Numbered from the stretch's first letter, positions 8,000 through 25,451 are shown. The stretch is 64,000 bases of DNA from an uncultured Candidatus Saccharimonas sp. (GCA_943358095.1 CALRGT010000002.1:32782-96781); one strand, 5' to 3'. Notes: generated by a model from the letters alone, not told the origin. Made by a program: numbers and translations.

Positions 8000-10900
8000 A
8001 TGTCTATAATTCCAGTGGTACTCTTTGTGGTGTTTGTGATAATTCCAGCAATTGGGAGTATTTGGTATTCTCATTCTAAAAAAGTGTTTCGTGAGCAGAA
8101 GAACTTCGAGAGAGGGCTAAAGATTGTGCCGATGCTTATACACCTGCCGCCACTTAGTGAAGATAATCACGAAAACGGCCGCGATGTGCGTGATTTGATT
8201 GATGAGAATATATCTAGGTCGCAAGTTCTTTATGGCATTATTGCTAGCACTATCCAGAAAGCATCGTTCAAGAATAAGTTTTACGGACAGCGTCATTTTG
8301 GCTTTGAGATCATAGCGAGCAAGGGAATTGTTAGCTTTTACGCCGCTGTGCCGATAGCGTTAGTTGAGGTCGTGAAGCAGGCTGTAAACAGTGCTTATCC
8401 GACCGCTCAGCTAGAAGAGGTTGCTGAGCACAATATTTTTAGTCCAATTGGCAAGATTAGTGGGACTGCTGGCGGTGAACTTACCCTAAAAGAGAATTTT
8501 GCTTATCCAATTGCTACCTATCAAGAGCTAAAGCGTGACGCCATGCAGTCGATTTTGAACTCGTTGTCTACGTTAGATAAGGACGACGGAGCCGGGATTC
8601 AGCTATTGATGAGGCCGGCGCATGACGATTGGCGTAAGCGGGCGCAATCGGTTTCTTCTGAGAAGCGTGGTGGCACTGAAAGTAAAGCTAAGTTTAGCGG
8701 CTCGACATTAGATTGGTTTCGTCAGGTTCCAGCAGCTTTATTTTGGCCGCCAGAGGACCGTGGAGTGGGTGGAGAAAAGTCCCAGTCCAAACCGTTATCA
8801 GCTCTTGATCAGCAGATAGTTGACGCTATAGATGATAAGACAAGGCACCCTGGATTTGAAGTTTTGATTCGGGTTATAGCATCTTCTAATAATCCTCAAA
8901 AGGCGCAAGCTATTAAGAGCAGCATGGTGGCTGCGTTTTCTTTATTTGATGCGCCTGGCAAGAACGGCTTCAAATACACTGACGCCGCAGATATCGAAAG
9001 TTTTGCCACAGCATTTATTATGAGATTTTTCCCGCAAGAGAATAATAAGAACATTCTAAACTCTGTTGAGTTAGCTACACTATTTCACTTCCCAGATCAC
9101 AAGAATATACCTACTACTCAGCTTGCTCGTCAGGCCTCCAAGCAGGTTGACGGTCCACGTAATATGCCCGAAAACGGCCTGATGCTTGGCTACAATGTGT
9201 TTCGCGGTGTCAAGAAGCCTATACGGTTGAGTCTAGAGGACCGCCGCCGCCATATGTATGTGGTTGGACAGACGGGTACCGGAAAGTCGGTATTCCTAGA
9301 AAATTTGGCACTTCAAGACATGCTTGCTGGTAGAGGATTCGCTTTTGTTGATCCTCACGGCGACACAGTAGACAGCCTGATGTCTATGGTTCCGAAGGAA
9401 CGCACAGAGGATATTGTCTACTTCAACCCATCCGACATGGATTTCCCAATGGGTCTAAACCTGTTTGAGTTCTACGCTCCTGAGCAGAAGGACTTTTTGA
9501 TTCAAGAAGCCATTAACATGCTTTATAAACTGTATGACCCTCAAAAGCAGGGAATTATTGGGCCTAGATTTGAGCGTATATTCACAAATAGCGCCTTGCT
9601 ATTAATGGCTGATCCTAAGGGCGGAACCTTCGTCGATATTCCAAAACTACTGATTGATTCAGAGTTTATGAAGGCTAAATTGCAATATGTGACCGATCGT
9701 AACGTGTTAGATTTCTGGACCAAAGAGTGGCCGAACTCACAGAAGTCAAACGAGGCAGGTGAGGTCACAAGCTGGGTTGTCAGTAAGTTCGGTGCGTTTT
9801 TGTCTAACGAGATGATGCGTAATATCATCGGTCAGCAGAAGAGCTCATTTAACCTAAGAGACATTATGGATAATAAAAAGATACTATTCGTTAACTTGTC
9901 TAAGGGGCGTACAGGAGAGTTGAACTCAAAACTGTTGGGTATGATTTTTGTTATGAAATTCCAAGCTGCCGCCATGAGCCGAGCCGATATTCCAGAGGCT
10001 GATAGACAAGATTTTTGTCTATATGTTGATGAGTTCCAGAACTTTGCCACAGATTCTTTTGCCACAATTATGTCAGAGGCCAGAAAGTATCACCTTAACT
10101 TGATCGTTGCCAACCAATTCACTACTCAGTTAACAGATGAGATTCGTGACGCCGTATTTGGTAACGTTGGTACGACGGTGGCATTCCGCGTAGGTTCTGA
10201 TGCTGATGCCGACAGTTTGAGTAAGAAGTTTTCGCCAATTTTTGAACGCGAAGATGTGTTGCGAATTCCAAACTTTAACACTATCTCTCAGATGTTAATT
10301 GGCGGTATTCCGACACAATCCTTCAGCATGGCTACTTTGCCTCCATTAGGATCAGCTAACCCAGAATTAGGCAAGGCGCTCAGACAATTGTCGGCAGCAA
10401 AATTTGGACGAGCCAAGGATCAAATCGAGAAAGAAATATTTGCCAGACTTAAGACTGTAGAAGCTCCAACTCCTGTTGGTGGTCAAAGGCCAGCTAGTCC
10501 AGCCCCTACCGCGCCTCCAAGGGCGCCTGGAGCTCCTGCGCCATCGTTTTTGGATGATTGGATGACTAAGCGCCAAACAGTTACTCCTGCAGGCGCTGGG
10601 CAGCCTGCCAAGCAATCTGTTGCGCCAATAGCCAGTCAACCTCAACCGCCGACAGCACCAACACCATTACCGGTAGCACCTGTGGCCAGCAACAGTCCAG
10701 TCGTTGCAGCCGATAATATTCCAGCCGCCACCCCAGACACTGCGACTATTTCACCACAAATTGATCGCCATGAATCCAAATTCATAGCTACTGATCAAGA
10801 TGATAGTGAGTCTTTAACCCGTGACAGCGCCCACAAGCTTCCTTTTACAGAGACTACCCATCCGGCCACTGAAACGACTAATATCTCCAGTTCTCAGCTT

Positions 10901-11083
10901 GAGGATAAGGAGATAGCAGGAGTTGCCGCCGAATTACGAGAGAGCCTTAACCATAACGCCGCTCAACCTGTTCCAGCCCAAGTTAGTCCAGAGCCAATCC
11001 ATAACGGTGAGCTTCATCTAGGCAAAACTACTCCTGCATCAACGCACACAGAGCACGTTATAAATATTGATCGAAACAGCTAG
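8000..11083 (+). CDS. VirD4/TraD/HerA-like membrane-anchored P-loop ATPase with Pro-rich disordered tail
   Basis: N-terminal TM helix; RRRHMYVVGQTGTGKS (Walker A), FVDPHGD, LYVDEFQNF (Walker B), SEARKY.LNLIVANQ, AVFGNVGT..AFRV. Confidence 0.85.
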   Translation: MSIIPVVLFVVFVIIPAIGSIWYSHSKKVFREQKNFERGLKIVPMLIHLPPLSEDNHENGRDVRDLIDENISRSQVLYGIIASTIQKASFKNKFYGQRHFGFEIIASKGIVSFYAAVPIALVEVVKQAVNSAYPTAQLEEVAEHNIFSPIGKISGTAGGELTLKENFAYPIATYQELKRDAMQSILNSLSTLDKDDGAGIQLLMRPAHDDWRKRAQSVSSEKRGGTESKAKFSGSTLDWFRQVPAALFWPPEDRGVGGEKSQSKPLSALDQQIVDAIDDKTRHPGFEVLIRVIASSNNPQKAQAIKSSMVAAFSLFDAPGKNGFKYTDAADIESFATAFIMRFFPQENNKNILNSVELATLFHFPDHKNIPTTQLARQASKQVDGPRNMPENGLMLGYNVFRGVKKPIRLSLEDRRRHMYVVGQTGTGKSVFLENLALQDMLAGRGFAFVDPHGDTVDSLMSMVPKERTEDIVYFNPSDMDFPMGLNLFEFYAPEQKDFLIQEAINMLYKLYDPQKQGIIGPRFERIFTNSALLLMADPKGGTFVDIPKLLIDSEFMKAKLQYVTDRNVLDFWTKEWPNSQKSNEAGEVTSWVVSKFGAFLSNEMMRNIIGQQKSSFNLRDIMDNKKILFVNLSKGRTGELNSKLLGMIFVMKFQAAAMSRADIPEADRQDFCLYVDEFQNFATDSFATIMSEARKYHLNLIVANQFTTQLTDEIRDAVFGNVGTTVAFRVGSDADADSLSKKFSPIFEREDVLRIPNFNTISQMLIGGIPTQSFSMATLPPLGSANPELGKALRQLSAAKFGRAKDQIEKEIFARLKTVEAPTPVGGQRPASPAPTAPPRAPGAPAPSFLDDWMTKRQTVTPAGAGQPAKQSVAPIASQPQPPTAPTPLPVAPVASNSPVVAADNIPAATPDTATISPQIDRHESKFIATDQDDSESLTRDSAHKLPFTETTHPATETTNISSSQLEDKEIAGVAAELRESLNHNAAQPVPAQVSPEPIHNGELHLGKTTPASTHTEHVINIDRNS

Positions 11084-11089
11084 TAGATA

Positions 11090-11644
11090 TTATTTTCGGA
11101 GTTTAAGTGCGTAGTGCGATAGTCTCTCTATGAATAGGCCGATGATGAATCCTGCCAAAAACAATAGGAAAAAGGCTAATAAATTATAGCGAAAACCATA
11201 GTTCTTTGCGGTGTAGAGTATTACGCCGCTACCGAGTAGGGAGACCACGCCTCCGCCTAGTAATCCTGACGGTCGAGCGATGGTATTCTCGCCAGCATCA
11301 CTTAGGAAGTCGATTATTGGCTGGTGAATTACTTTGCTCAATAGTCGTCCGGTAAGTGGTAATTGCTTTCTTGTGCGAATAATTACTCTGTCAAAACCGT
11401 CTTTTTTAAGGCTAGTTGTGACTTGAATCTCGGGTAAAATTTCTGGGGTCTTCTCGGCTTTGTTCATTAGCTCAGAGCTGGTAGCGCTTTGTTCTACTAA
11501 TTGACGAGATTGCTCTAGGGAGCTTAATCTGGCGGCTTCATGGTCGGTATCTGTTGTCTCGGCGACACTTGGCTTGAGTAGATCTAAATAATCGTCTTTA
11601 CCGCTAGACTTTTCGCTAATTTTTCCAGGGTGCTGTTCGCTCAT
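11090..11644 (-). CDS. Hypothetical protein with two C-terminal TM helices
   Basis: Open frame; ATG abuts the stop codon of the upstream gene; hydrophobic C-terminus. Confidence 0.75.
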   Translation of the reverse strand: MSEQHPGKISEKSSGKDDYLDLLKPSVAETTDTDHEAARLSSLEQSRQLVEQSATSSELMNKAEKTPEILPEIQVTTSLKKDGFDRVIIRTRKQLPLTGRLLSKVIHQPIIDFLSDAGENTIARPSGLLGGGVVSLLGSGVILYTAKNYGFRYNLLAFFLLFLAGFIIGLFIERLSHYALKLRK

Positions 11645-11645
11645 A

Positions 11646-13100
11646 TCAGTAAGACTCCCCGCCGTCATGATGGTCGGCTTTAATTATTGCTAGTTCGCTC
11701 AATATTAAGCGTGATCGAGCGAAGAAGTAGCCGGCCAAGACCAGTAATACGAAGCAAATAGCTAAGCTGCCTTTGACGCCAGTGTTGGGTAGTATCCTAG
11801 TCGTTATTTCGATGTTTTTGATGATTGAGGGAGGTAGTTTTACTGTTACAGACGCCCCATAAGTATTTGTCATTTTTAAGTCATAATGATTTGGATCACT
11901 AGACGAAACAGGCGTCGCAGGAAGAGTGTTCTTTATCTTGACGCTAAAATTCTTGACCAAGGTTTTGCCACCTCCAATATCCTCGGCTGGCCAAATAATA
12001 ACATTTTTATTGATTATTCCGCCGCTAGTCTGTGAGATGTCGGAGTAGTCTAGTATGTCGCTTATATTTTCTTGGACAACGAAGTTTTTGATGGTTGAGT
12101 CGCCATCGTTGGTGACGGATAGTGAATAGGTGAGTACATCATTAGGCTTAGCGGTTGATCCGTTGGCGTTATTTAGCTTGCTGGTGTCGTTTTTGACCGT
12201 CTTACCGAGTCTCAGGCAGGATGTTTTGTCTTCACGCGTCTGCGAGCTCTTACATGGCTTACAGTCGCTACTGCTGGCTGTGAGTGAGCTGTTATATATG
12301 CAAGACTCGAAACAGCTGCTGGAGTTTTTGGCGTAAGCCTCTTTGTTTTTATAAGGGCAGGGTTCGAAACAAGCGACATTATTGGATTTTATATTAGATT
12401 TACCTTTAACCGGACAAGCCTCGTAACATTCAGAACTAGTCTTGGCTAGGTTTTTTTTGCTGGCAATAGGGCAGGGCTCGGAGCATTTAGGGTCGGTAGA
12501 TAACAGAGACGCAGACCATTCGCATTTTGCTTTTGGAGTAGGTGGAATGCCGACGAATGTCAGGCCACCACCACAATCTTTGACTATATAAAACTTCTGA
12601 CCGTCTTTGTTGGTGACGAGAAGGGCATCGTGCTTGGTTGAGCCGTTGTCGTAGTCAGATAATTTACGCAACCAGTAAGTTTTTGCCTTTATGTTCAGTG
12701 GAGTTTCGCCAACTTTACCGTAAGCTAGGCGGCCGGTGGTGTAGAGTTCGCCGTGAAAGTCTTTGGAGTCGAGCTTAACATCTTTGGCATTCGCCAAGTC
12801 AGCACAATCAATATTAAAGTTCGCCAGAATATCAGCGTAGTCAGAGCTACTAGAGCGGCAGTTGTTGGTAGCATCTTCAGCCGATCTTACGCCTCCGTTA
12901 ATCAAGTCATTATTGGACTGCGCTAATGATGCTTGGGGAGGGCTAATTAAGGCGAACATCTGTATAAACACGGTAAGGATGATCAAGATAAATCCGGTTC
13001 GGCGCACAATAGTCTCCCTACGAAGACGCTTGGCATAAAAAGCTACCTCATCAATAAGGCCAGGACTATAAGGTAAATTAGATAGCAACTTCTTGAACAT
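11646..13100 (-). CDS. Exported protein with Cys-rich repeats, DUF11-like domain and LPxTG-like anchor
   Basis: Signal-like segment ending ASLA; repeated C..PC units; KTV..D....ANG.TAKP.DVLTYSLSVTN.G; LPNTG followed by a TM helix and basic residues. Confidence 0.8.
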   Translation of the reverse strand: MFKKLLSNLPYSPGLIDEVAFYAKRLRRETIVRRTGFILIILTVFIQMFALISPPQASLAQSNNDLINGGVRSAEDATNNCRSSSSDYADILANFNIDCADLANAKDVKLDSKDFHGELYTTGRLAYGKVGETPLNIKAKTYWLRKLSDYDNGSTKHDALLVTNKDGQKFYIVKDCGGGLTFVGIPPTPKAKCEWSASLLSTDPKCSEPCPIASKKNLAKTSSECYEACPVKGKSNIKSNNVACFEPCPYKNKEAYAKNSSSCFESCIYNSSLTASSSDCKPCKSSQTREDKTSCLRLGKTVKNDTSKLNNANGSTAKPNDVLTYSLSVTNDGDSTIKNFVVQENISDILDYSDISQTSGGIINKNVIIWPAEDIGGGKTLVKNFSVKIKNTLPATPVSSSDPNHYDLKMTNTYGASVTVKLPPSIIKNIEITTRILPNTGVKGSLAICFVLLVLAGYFFARSRLILSELAIIKADHHDGGESY

Positions 13101-13305
13101 TATTCTACTCTCATTAAACAGAGGTTATTCTGTGTGTATTTAAGCATAAGCTGACGCTAGTCACAATAAGATTCAGCTAATATGTAGTATAAGGAGGGCA
13201 TTAAAGAAGCATTGTTTTTCTTACTCTGTAAATAGTTGCCATACCAGTCCGAATAATCTATAATCGATGCAAGCAGTGGGCGTATCTAAATATCTTGGAA
13301 ATTAA

Positions 13306-15309
<2,004 letters not shown>

Positions 15310-15315
15310 GCCGCC

Positions 15316-15441
15316 AATTTGTCATTGAACATTTGGCATTTGGCATTTATTTGTCATTGAACATTGATCAGACGGCTGGTCTTTTGGAGCTAAATGGTAA
15401 ATGCGAAATAAATGATAAATGTAGAATGGTAAATGGTAAAT
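15316..15441. repeat. CATT/AATG periodic hairpin element, copy 1 (gyrB-gyrA spacer)
   Basis: Left arm of NNNCATT units with a TATT interruption; mirrored right arm of AATGNNN units with AATA. Confidence 0.85.
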
Positions 15442-15447
15442 AACGCT

Positions 15448-18039
15448 ATGGATGATGAAATTAAAGACGAATTAGTACCAATTGAAGCTAACGATGTAGA
15501 AGTCGTAGAGTCTGGTCGTTACGAAGACGACGACGTATTAGACACCAGTCACTCAAGAGTTGTTGAACGCCGTAAGGTTGAAGATGTCATGGAAGACAGC
15601 TACTTGCGTTACTCTATGAGCGTTATCGTAGCGCGTGCTTTACCAGACGTTCGTGACGGTCTAAAGCCGGTCCATCGTCGTATTTTGTATGTCATGAACC
15701 GAATGGGCATTACGCCTGGTGGCAAGACTGTTAAGAGTGCTCAGATCGTCGGTGAAGTTATGGGTAAATATCACCCGCACGGCGACAGCGCGATTTATGA
15801 ATCAATGGTCCGTATGGCTCAGCCTTGGGCTATGCGCTACATGCTAGTTAATGGTCAGGGTAACTTCGGTTCTATGGACGGCGACCCAGCGGCTGCCTAT
15901 CGATATACTGAAGCTAAAATGACATCTCATGCCGAAGCTATGCTTGCCGATATCGAAAAAGAAACAGTGCCTTTCCGCGACAACTACGATGGTACTCGTC
16001 AAGAACCAGAGGTCTTGCCAGCTAAATTGCCAAACCTTCTACTAAACGGTCAAGTTGGTATCGCCGTAGGTATGGCCACCAACATCCCACCGCACAACTT
16101 GAACGAAATAGTCGACGCGATAATAACTATTATCGACAAGCCTGATGCTACATTAGATGATTTGCTAGTGCATGTTAAGGGTCCTGACTTCCCAACAGGC
16201 GGTATTGTCTATGGTCGCGACTCTATTCGAACTGCTTTTGCTACCGGTCGTGGTGGTGTGGTGGTTCGTGGTGTGGCTAATATCGAAGAGAACGCCAAGG
16301 GTCGCCATCAGATTATAATCAGCGAAATTCCTTACGCCCTCAACAAAGAGAGTTTGATTCTTAAGATCGCCGATCTAGTCCACGAAAAGAAGATTGTTGG
16401 CATTAGTGATATTCGCGACGAAACCGCTCGTGGTGCTGTCCGTATGGTGATCGACCTCAAGAAGGACGCCTACCCGAAGAAGATCCTAAACCAACTCTAT
16501 AAATTGACTCCATTACAGACCAGCTTCCACTACAATATGTTGGCGCTAGTTGATGGTATCCAGCCCCGCGTGCTTGGCTTGCAAGACATTCTTCAGGAAT
16601 ACCTAAAGCACCGGCAAGTTGTTGTACGTCGTCGCACCGAGTACGAACTTCGCAAGGCGCAGGAGCGCGCTCACATCCTAGAAGGCCTCAAGATAGCCCT
16701 TGACCACATTGATGAAGTCATTAAGACGATTCGTGCCAGCAAGAGCGCAGACGAAGCCCAGACGAGTTTGATAGCTAAGTTTAAGCTGTCAGAGATTCAG
16801 GCAAAAGCTATTTTGGCGATGCAGCTACGCACGCTAACTGGTCTTGAGCGTCAAAAAATCGAAGACGAATTAGCCGAATTATTGAAGATTATTGCAAAAT
16901 TAGAAGGTATTTTGGCTAGCGAGCAAGAAATTCTAAAAATCATCAAGACTGAATTAATCGAAATGAAGAAGCAGTTTGGTGACGAACGACGCACTAAGAT
17001 TGTTGATAGTGAACTTGGTAAATTGAGCGACGAAGATTTGATCCCTGACGAACAAGTTGCTGTAACTCTTACATCAGCTAACTACATCAAGCGTAGTCCA
17101 TTGGCCGAATATAAGCGCCAAGGTCGCGGTGGCAAGGGTAGGCGAGGAATGGCTACGAGAGAAGAAGACGTTATCGAGCACGTTGTTAACGCCTCTACTC
17201 ACGACTATATCTTGTTCTTCACGAACCGTGGCCGCGTTTTCCGTCTCAAGACATACGAAGTACCAGCCGTCGGCCTAAACGCCAAAGGTGTTGCACTAGT
17301 TAACTTGCTACAGTTACAGCCTGAAGAGCGTGTCAGCTCGATCATCAATGTCAGCAAGGGCGACAAAGACGGTTACTTGTTTATGTGTACTGTCCGAGGC
17401 GTTGTCAAGAAGACTCCATTTGAGCAATACAAGAATGTACGCAACTCTGGCTTGATAGCCATAAATCTAGACGACAAAGACGAATTGCGATGGATTAGAA
17501 TGACTTCCGGAACAGACGAAATCGTCATCAGCACCTCACTTGGCCAGGCTATTCGCTTCCAAGAAAAGGACGCTCGTCCAATGGGTCGAGTCTCACGAGG
17601 TGTCCGTGGTATCCGTTTGCGAGCAGGCGACGAAGTTATCGGCATGGACACTGTCAAAAAAGACTCCAGCATTTTCGTAATCAGCAAGCACGGTTACGGC
17701 AAGCGCACCAAGATTGACCAGTTTACTCCACACGCTCGCGGCGGTGTTGGTATCCGTTCAGCCATCGTCAACACCAAAACAGGCAACCTGATTGGCGTTA
17801 AGACCCTCTCAGCCGACGATACCGAAGAAGTGATCATTATCTCGCAGCAGGGCCAAACTATCCGCCTAGGGCTTAAGAACATCCCACAGCTAGGTCGCGC
17901 CACGCAAGGTGTTCGCATCATGCGCATTAACGAGAATGATGAAGTCGTATCGCTAGCATTAGTCGACAAAACTGAAGAAATTGATACTGACGAAGTAGCC
18001 GAAATTACTCCACCAAAATCAGACTCAGCCAAAAAATAA
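15448..18039 (+). CDS. gyrA: DNA gyrase subunit A
   Basis: [34 protein letters not shown] (catalytic Tyr), GyrA-box QGRGGKG, C-terminal pinwheel repeats. Start moved to 15448 because the ATG at 15433 lies inside the repeat. Confidence 0.98.
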   Translation: MDDEIKDELVPIEANDVEVVESGRYEDDDVLDTSHSRVVERRKVEDVMEDSYLRYSMSVIVARALPDVRDGLKPVHRRILYVMNRMGITPGGKTVKSAQIVGEVMGKYHPHGDSAIYESMVRMAQPWAMRYMLVNGQGNFGSMDGDPAAAYRYTEAKMTSHAEAMLADIEKETVPFRDNYDGTRQEPEVLPAKLPNLLLNGQVGIAVGMATNIPPHNLNEIVDAIITIIDKPDATLDDLLVHVKGPDFPTGGIVYGRDSIRTAFATGRGGVVVRGVANIEENAKGRHQIIISEIPYALNKESLILKIADLVHEKKIVGISDIRDETARGAVRMVIDLKKDAYPKKILNQLYKLTPLQTSFHYNMLALVDGIQPRVLGLQDILQEYLKHRQVVVRRRTEYELRKAQERAHILEGLKIALDHIDEVIKTIRASKSADEAQTSLIAKFKLSEIQAKAILAMQLRTLTGLERQKIEDELAELLKIIAKLEGILASEQEILKIIKTELIEMKKQFGDERRTKIVDSELGKLSDEDLIPDEQVAVTLTSANYIKRSPLAEYKRQGRGGKGRRGMATREEDVIEHVVNASTHDYILFFTNRGRVFRLKTYEVPAVGLNAKGVALVNLLQLQPEERVSSIINVSKGDKDGYLFMCTVRGVVKKTPFEQYKNVRNSGLIAINLDDKDELRWIRMTSGTDEIVISTSLGQAIRFQEKDARPMGRVSRGVRGIRLRAGDEVIGMDTVKKDSSIFVISKHGYGKRTKIDQFTPHARGGVGIRSAIVNTKTGNLIGVKTLSADDTEEVIIISQQGQTIRLGLKNIPQLGRATQGVRIMRINENDEVVSLALVDKTEEIDTDEVAEITPPKSDSAKK

Positions 18040-18094
18040 ATCGTTAGTAATCGATTGTTGTAATAACCACTACCAACATGGCCACAAAATAGGG

Positions 18095-18123
18095 TTGCAA
18101 TATCTGTTGAGACGGGGTAATAT
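18095..18123 (+). promoter_or_regulatory. 16S rRNA promoter
   Basis: TTGCAA-17 nt-TAATAT. Confidence 0.7.
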
Positions 18124-18309
18124 GTTTTGAGCTCGTTTGGAGGTTCTGTCACAAGAGTCTATTTAACTAGCGAACTTTAAAAATTGAATAGTGCAAATCA
18201 ACGTCAGTTCAATAGTCCCGCCAATAAGCGGGGCGCAAGAATTGTTTTAAAAATAAAGTCAGTGTAGTTTAACGACTACATGTTCGACTGAAGTCTAGAT
18301 TTAATTCTT

Positions 18310-19869
<1,560 letters not shown>

Positions 19870-20030
19870 CTAGGGAGTATACCAAGGCGAGTAGCTCAAT
19901 TGACTACTCGACCTATGGTCGATCTCGACAACTAGTTTCTTCAGGAAACTCACTAGTTGCCAATTGAGATAAAGTTTTCTGAACCGAACTATGACGTTTG
20001 ATTTGCACTATTCAGTTTTAAAAGGCCAAT

Positions 20031-20056
20031 GGCCACCCCGAAAGGGGTGGTTTTTT
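20031..20056 (+). terminator. Intrinsic terminator after 16S
   Basis: GGCCACCCC-GAAA-GGGGTGGTT followed by a T run. Confidence 0.85.
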
Positions 20057-20124
20057 GTAGCTAAGGCTGTTAACAGATTGACGAAACAGGGGAAATGCTA
20101 TAGTCTATAACGGTATTTGTAACA

Positions 20125-20300
20125 AAATACATTAACAATTAGTGAGTCACGATTGATGGGCGATTAGCTCAGCTGGCGCAGCTCGCTGCAAAATTAAGTA
20201 ATTGCGCGATTCGCGCTCTAGCGCTGAGCTACAAATTCAGTAAGCGGTAAATACATTAACAATTAGTGAGTCACGATTGATGGGCGATTAGCTCAGCTGG
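20125..20300 (+). repeat. 52-bp exact direct repeat containing the first 19 nt of tRNA-Ile
   Basis: 20125-20176 is identical to 20249-20300. Confidence 0.93.
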
Positions 20301-20358
20301 TTAGAGCGCGTCACTGATAATGACGAGGTCGGAGGTTCGAGTCCCTCATCGCCCACCA
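20282..20358 (+). tRNA. tRNA-Ile(GAT)
   Basis: Cloverleaf; anticodon arm CGTCA-CTGATAA-TGACG; GTTCGA T-loop; encoded CCA. Confidence 0.97.
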
Positions 20359-20411
20359 TTCGTGTCTCGCTAGAGACGACCAAAAGTTCGGTTAACAATC
20401 AAATTCATTAT

Positions 20412-20488
20412 GGGGACATAGCTCAGTTGGCTAGAGCACCGCCTTTGCAAGGCGGGGGTCCAGGGTTCGAGTCCCTGTGTCTCCACCA
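20412..20488 (+). tRNA. tRNA-Ala(TGC)
   Basis: Cloverleaf; anticodon arm CCGCC-TTTGCAA-GGCGG; G3:U70 pair; encoded CCA. Confidence 0.97.
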
Positions 20489-20495
20489 AAATAAG

Positions 20496-20525
20496 GGCCC
20501 GTCCGCAAGGACGGGTTTTTGTTTT
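20496..20525 (+). terminator. Intrinsic terminator after tRNA-Ala
   Basis: GCCCGTCC-GCAA-GGACGGGT followed by a T run. Confidence 0.85.
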
Positions 20526-20638
20526 GGTGTAATGTCTAGATTCGAACCCTGGACCGCGACAATTACGTGTAGCCCGGCGATAAACTTAAAAATTATAGTA
20601 GAAAAAAATAAACGCAAAGAGTATCGTAGTATGTATCT

Positions 20639-20860
20639 ATGATAGAAAACTCACAAAGTCCAGGATATCTTGAACACGAAGCAGAAATGCAAGAAGCATT
20701 CGTAGAGTCATTAAATCGGGCTACCGGATCCATTGCCGGAGATTCATCAGCCAGACATTTACCGCATAAGCCATGGAACCAAGATCAGCCTTTAGTCGCC
20801 CCAAAAGCGCCCAATTCATCACCCCAAGACATTAAGTCAGACGAAAATCCTGTACTCTGA
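20639..20860 (+). CDS. Small hypothetical protein between tRNA-Ala and 23S
   Basis: 73-codon ORF with no recognisable motif, between a terminator and the 23S promoter. Confidence 0.4.
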   Translation: MIENSQSPGYLEHEAEMQEAFVESLNRATGSIAGDSSARHLPHKPWNQDQPLVAPKAPNSSPQDIKSDENPVL

Positions 20861-20928
20861 GCCCCAGATGCGAAAAAGTCAGATTTCCAGAGAAGTTAAA
20901 CCGTAGCAAGTTTTACACCAGTATAGTG

Positions 20929-20957
20929 TTGACTACCTCTGTTATTGATGGTAGACT
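20929..20957 (+). promoter_or_regulatory. 23S-5S promoter
   Basis: TTGACT-17 nt-TAGACT with an extended -10 TG. Confidence 0.7.
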
Positions 20958-21242
20958 TGTTTAGCTACTTGAGTTTAGGCACGAGGCAGGGAAAAAAGCA
21001 GTGAAAGCTTCCAGCGTAAACTCAAGCATCCGAGATCATTTCAGTCTAATGTATGGGTGTGGTGAGAGTTTTGTAACTTAACAATTTAACCGACAAAATA
21101 AGTTTTTTAGAATCGTTTATGAATTCGTGATTGGCACGAAGGAGTAGACGAACATTAATGACAAACGGCTATTGGTTAATACCAATAACTAGTCAATTGC
21201 ACGAACAGCGATGATCGAGGCTTCGGCCAAAGTCATTGCTAA

Positions 21243-24575
<3,333 letters not shown>

Positions 24576-24788
24576 ACTATGAGAGATGATCCGTGCCATT
24601 TATGGGACGGGGACTCTCTCGTAGGTAGTGCGTTGACTAGTTATTGGTGAGAATCACCACATAGACAACGTTTGTCATATTTCTTCTGAACTTATTTGTT
24701 GGCACCATACCATTGGCATCGAACCAAGGTTTCAAAGGCCCACCGCCAGATCGTATATATCTGCGCAAAGTCGCCTTTCAAGCCTTTA

Positions 24789-24904
24789 ATCGGTGCCCAT
24801 GGCGCGAGGGAGACACCTGTTCCCATTCCGAACACAGCAGTTAAGCCTCGCAGCGGTTACAATACTTGGGCCATCAAGCCCTGGGAAAATAGCACGGTGC
24901 CGAA
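24789..24904 (+). rRNA. rrf: 5S rRNA
   Basis: CACCTGTTCCCATTCCGAACACAGCAGTTAAG; end pairing TCGGTGCC/GGTGCCGA. Confidence 0.95.
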
Positions 24905-24912
24905 TTATAGAA

Positions 24913-24944
24913 CAAGACCTCCTTTTAAGGGAGGTCTTTTCTTT
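24913..24944 (+). terminator. Terminator after 5S
   Basis: AAGACCTCC-loop-GGAGGTCTT followed by a T run. Confidence 0.85.
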
Positions 24945-24981
24945 TAAAAAAGAAGAATAAAGCATAAACTTTAAAATATAG

Positions 24982-25010
24982 TTGACATAAGCAGTACGAA
25001 GTGATATCAT
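24982..25010 (+). promoter_or_regulatory. Sigma70-type promoter
   Basis: TTGACA-17 nt-TATCAT with extended TG. Confidence 0.7.
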
Positions 25011-25101
25011 AAGCGTATTCGAAAGAAAGAAAAGAGGGCAAGCCACTTATGTGGCGTGTCCTTTTTTATTTCTAGAGAGCGTTTACGAATAAGTAATTAA
25101 C

Positions 25102-25237
25102 ACTGTTAAGCGGTTTTGTGAACGAGTGCAGCTTGGTAGGAGGTTGAGGACCGGAGCATGAGACGTACTTGTTGGTACGTCTCGCCTACGGACCGGAAAC
25201 ATCCTGCCAAGATGTGCCGTTCACGGAAGCGTGCAGT
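25102..25237 (+). ncRNA. Long rod-like hairpin with central bubble (6S-like RNA or cis-regulatory leader)
   Basis: Helices TGTGAACG/CGTTCACG, CTTGGTAGGA/TCCTGCCAAG and GAGACGTAC/GTACGTCTC; G-U pairs favour the + strand. Confidence 0.5.
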
Positions 25238-25253
25238 AAAAGGAGAAGATACG

Positions 25254-25451
25254 ATGGCTGGAACAAAGAACGGCGGCGCAGCCGCTGCAAAGACTAACAA
25301 ATCTAAGTACGGTGCAGATTTTTATGCAAAAATCGGCGCTATGGGCGGTAAGAAAGGTCACACTGGTGGCTTTTACGCTAACCGTGACCTAGCTCGTATT
25401 GCTGGTGCTAAAGGTGGACGCATTAGTCGTCGTACTAAAGCTTCAGTTTAA
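25254..25451 (+). CDS. Small KGG-repeat general stress-type protein
   Basis: FYAKIGAMGGKKG and ARIAGAKGG repeats; SD AAGGAG upstream of ATG 25254. Confidence 0.85.
   Translation: MAGTKNGGAAAAKTNKSKYGADFYAKIGAMGGKKGHTGGFYANRDLARIAGAKGGRISRRTKASV

Noticed and set aside
15316..15441. CATT/AATG arrays as CRISPR arrays
   Set aside because: Units are 7-8 nt with no unique 25-45-nt spacers, and no cas genes are present.
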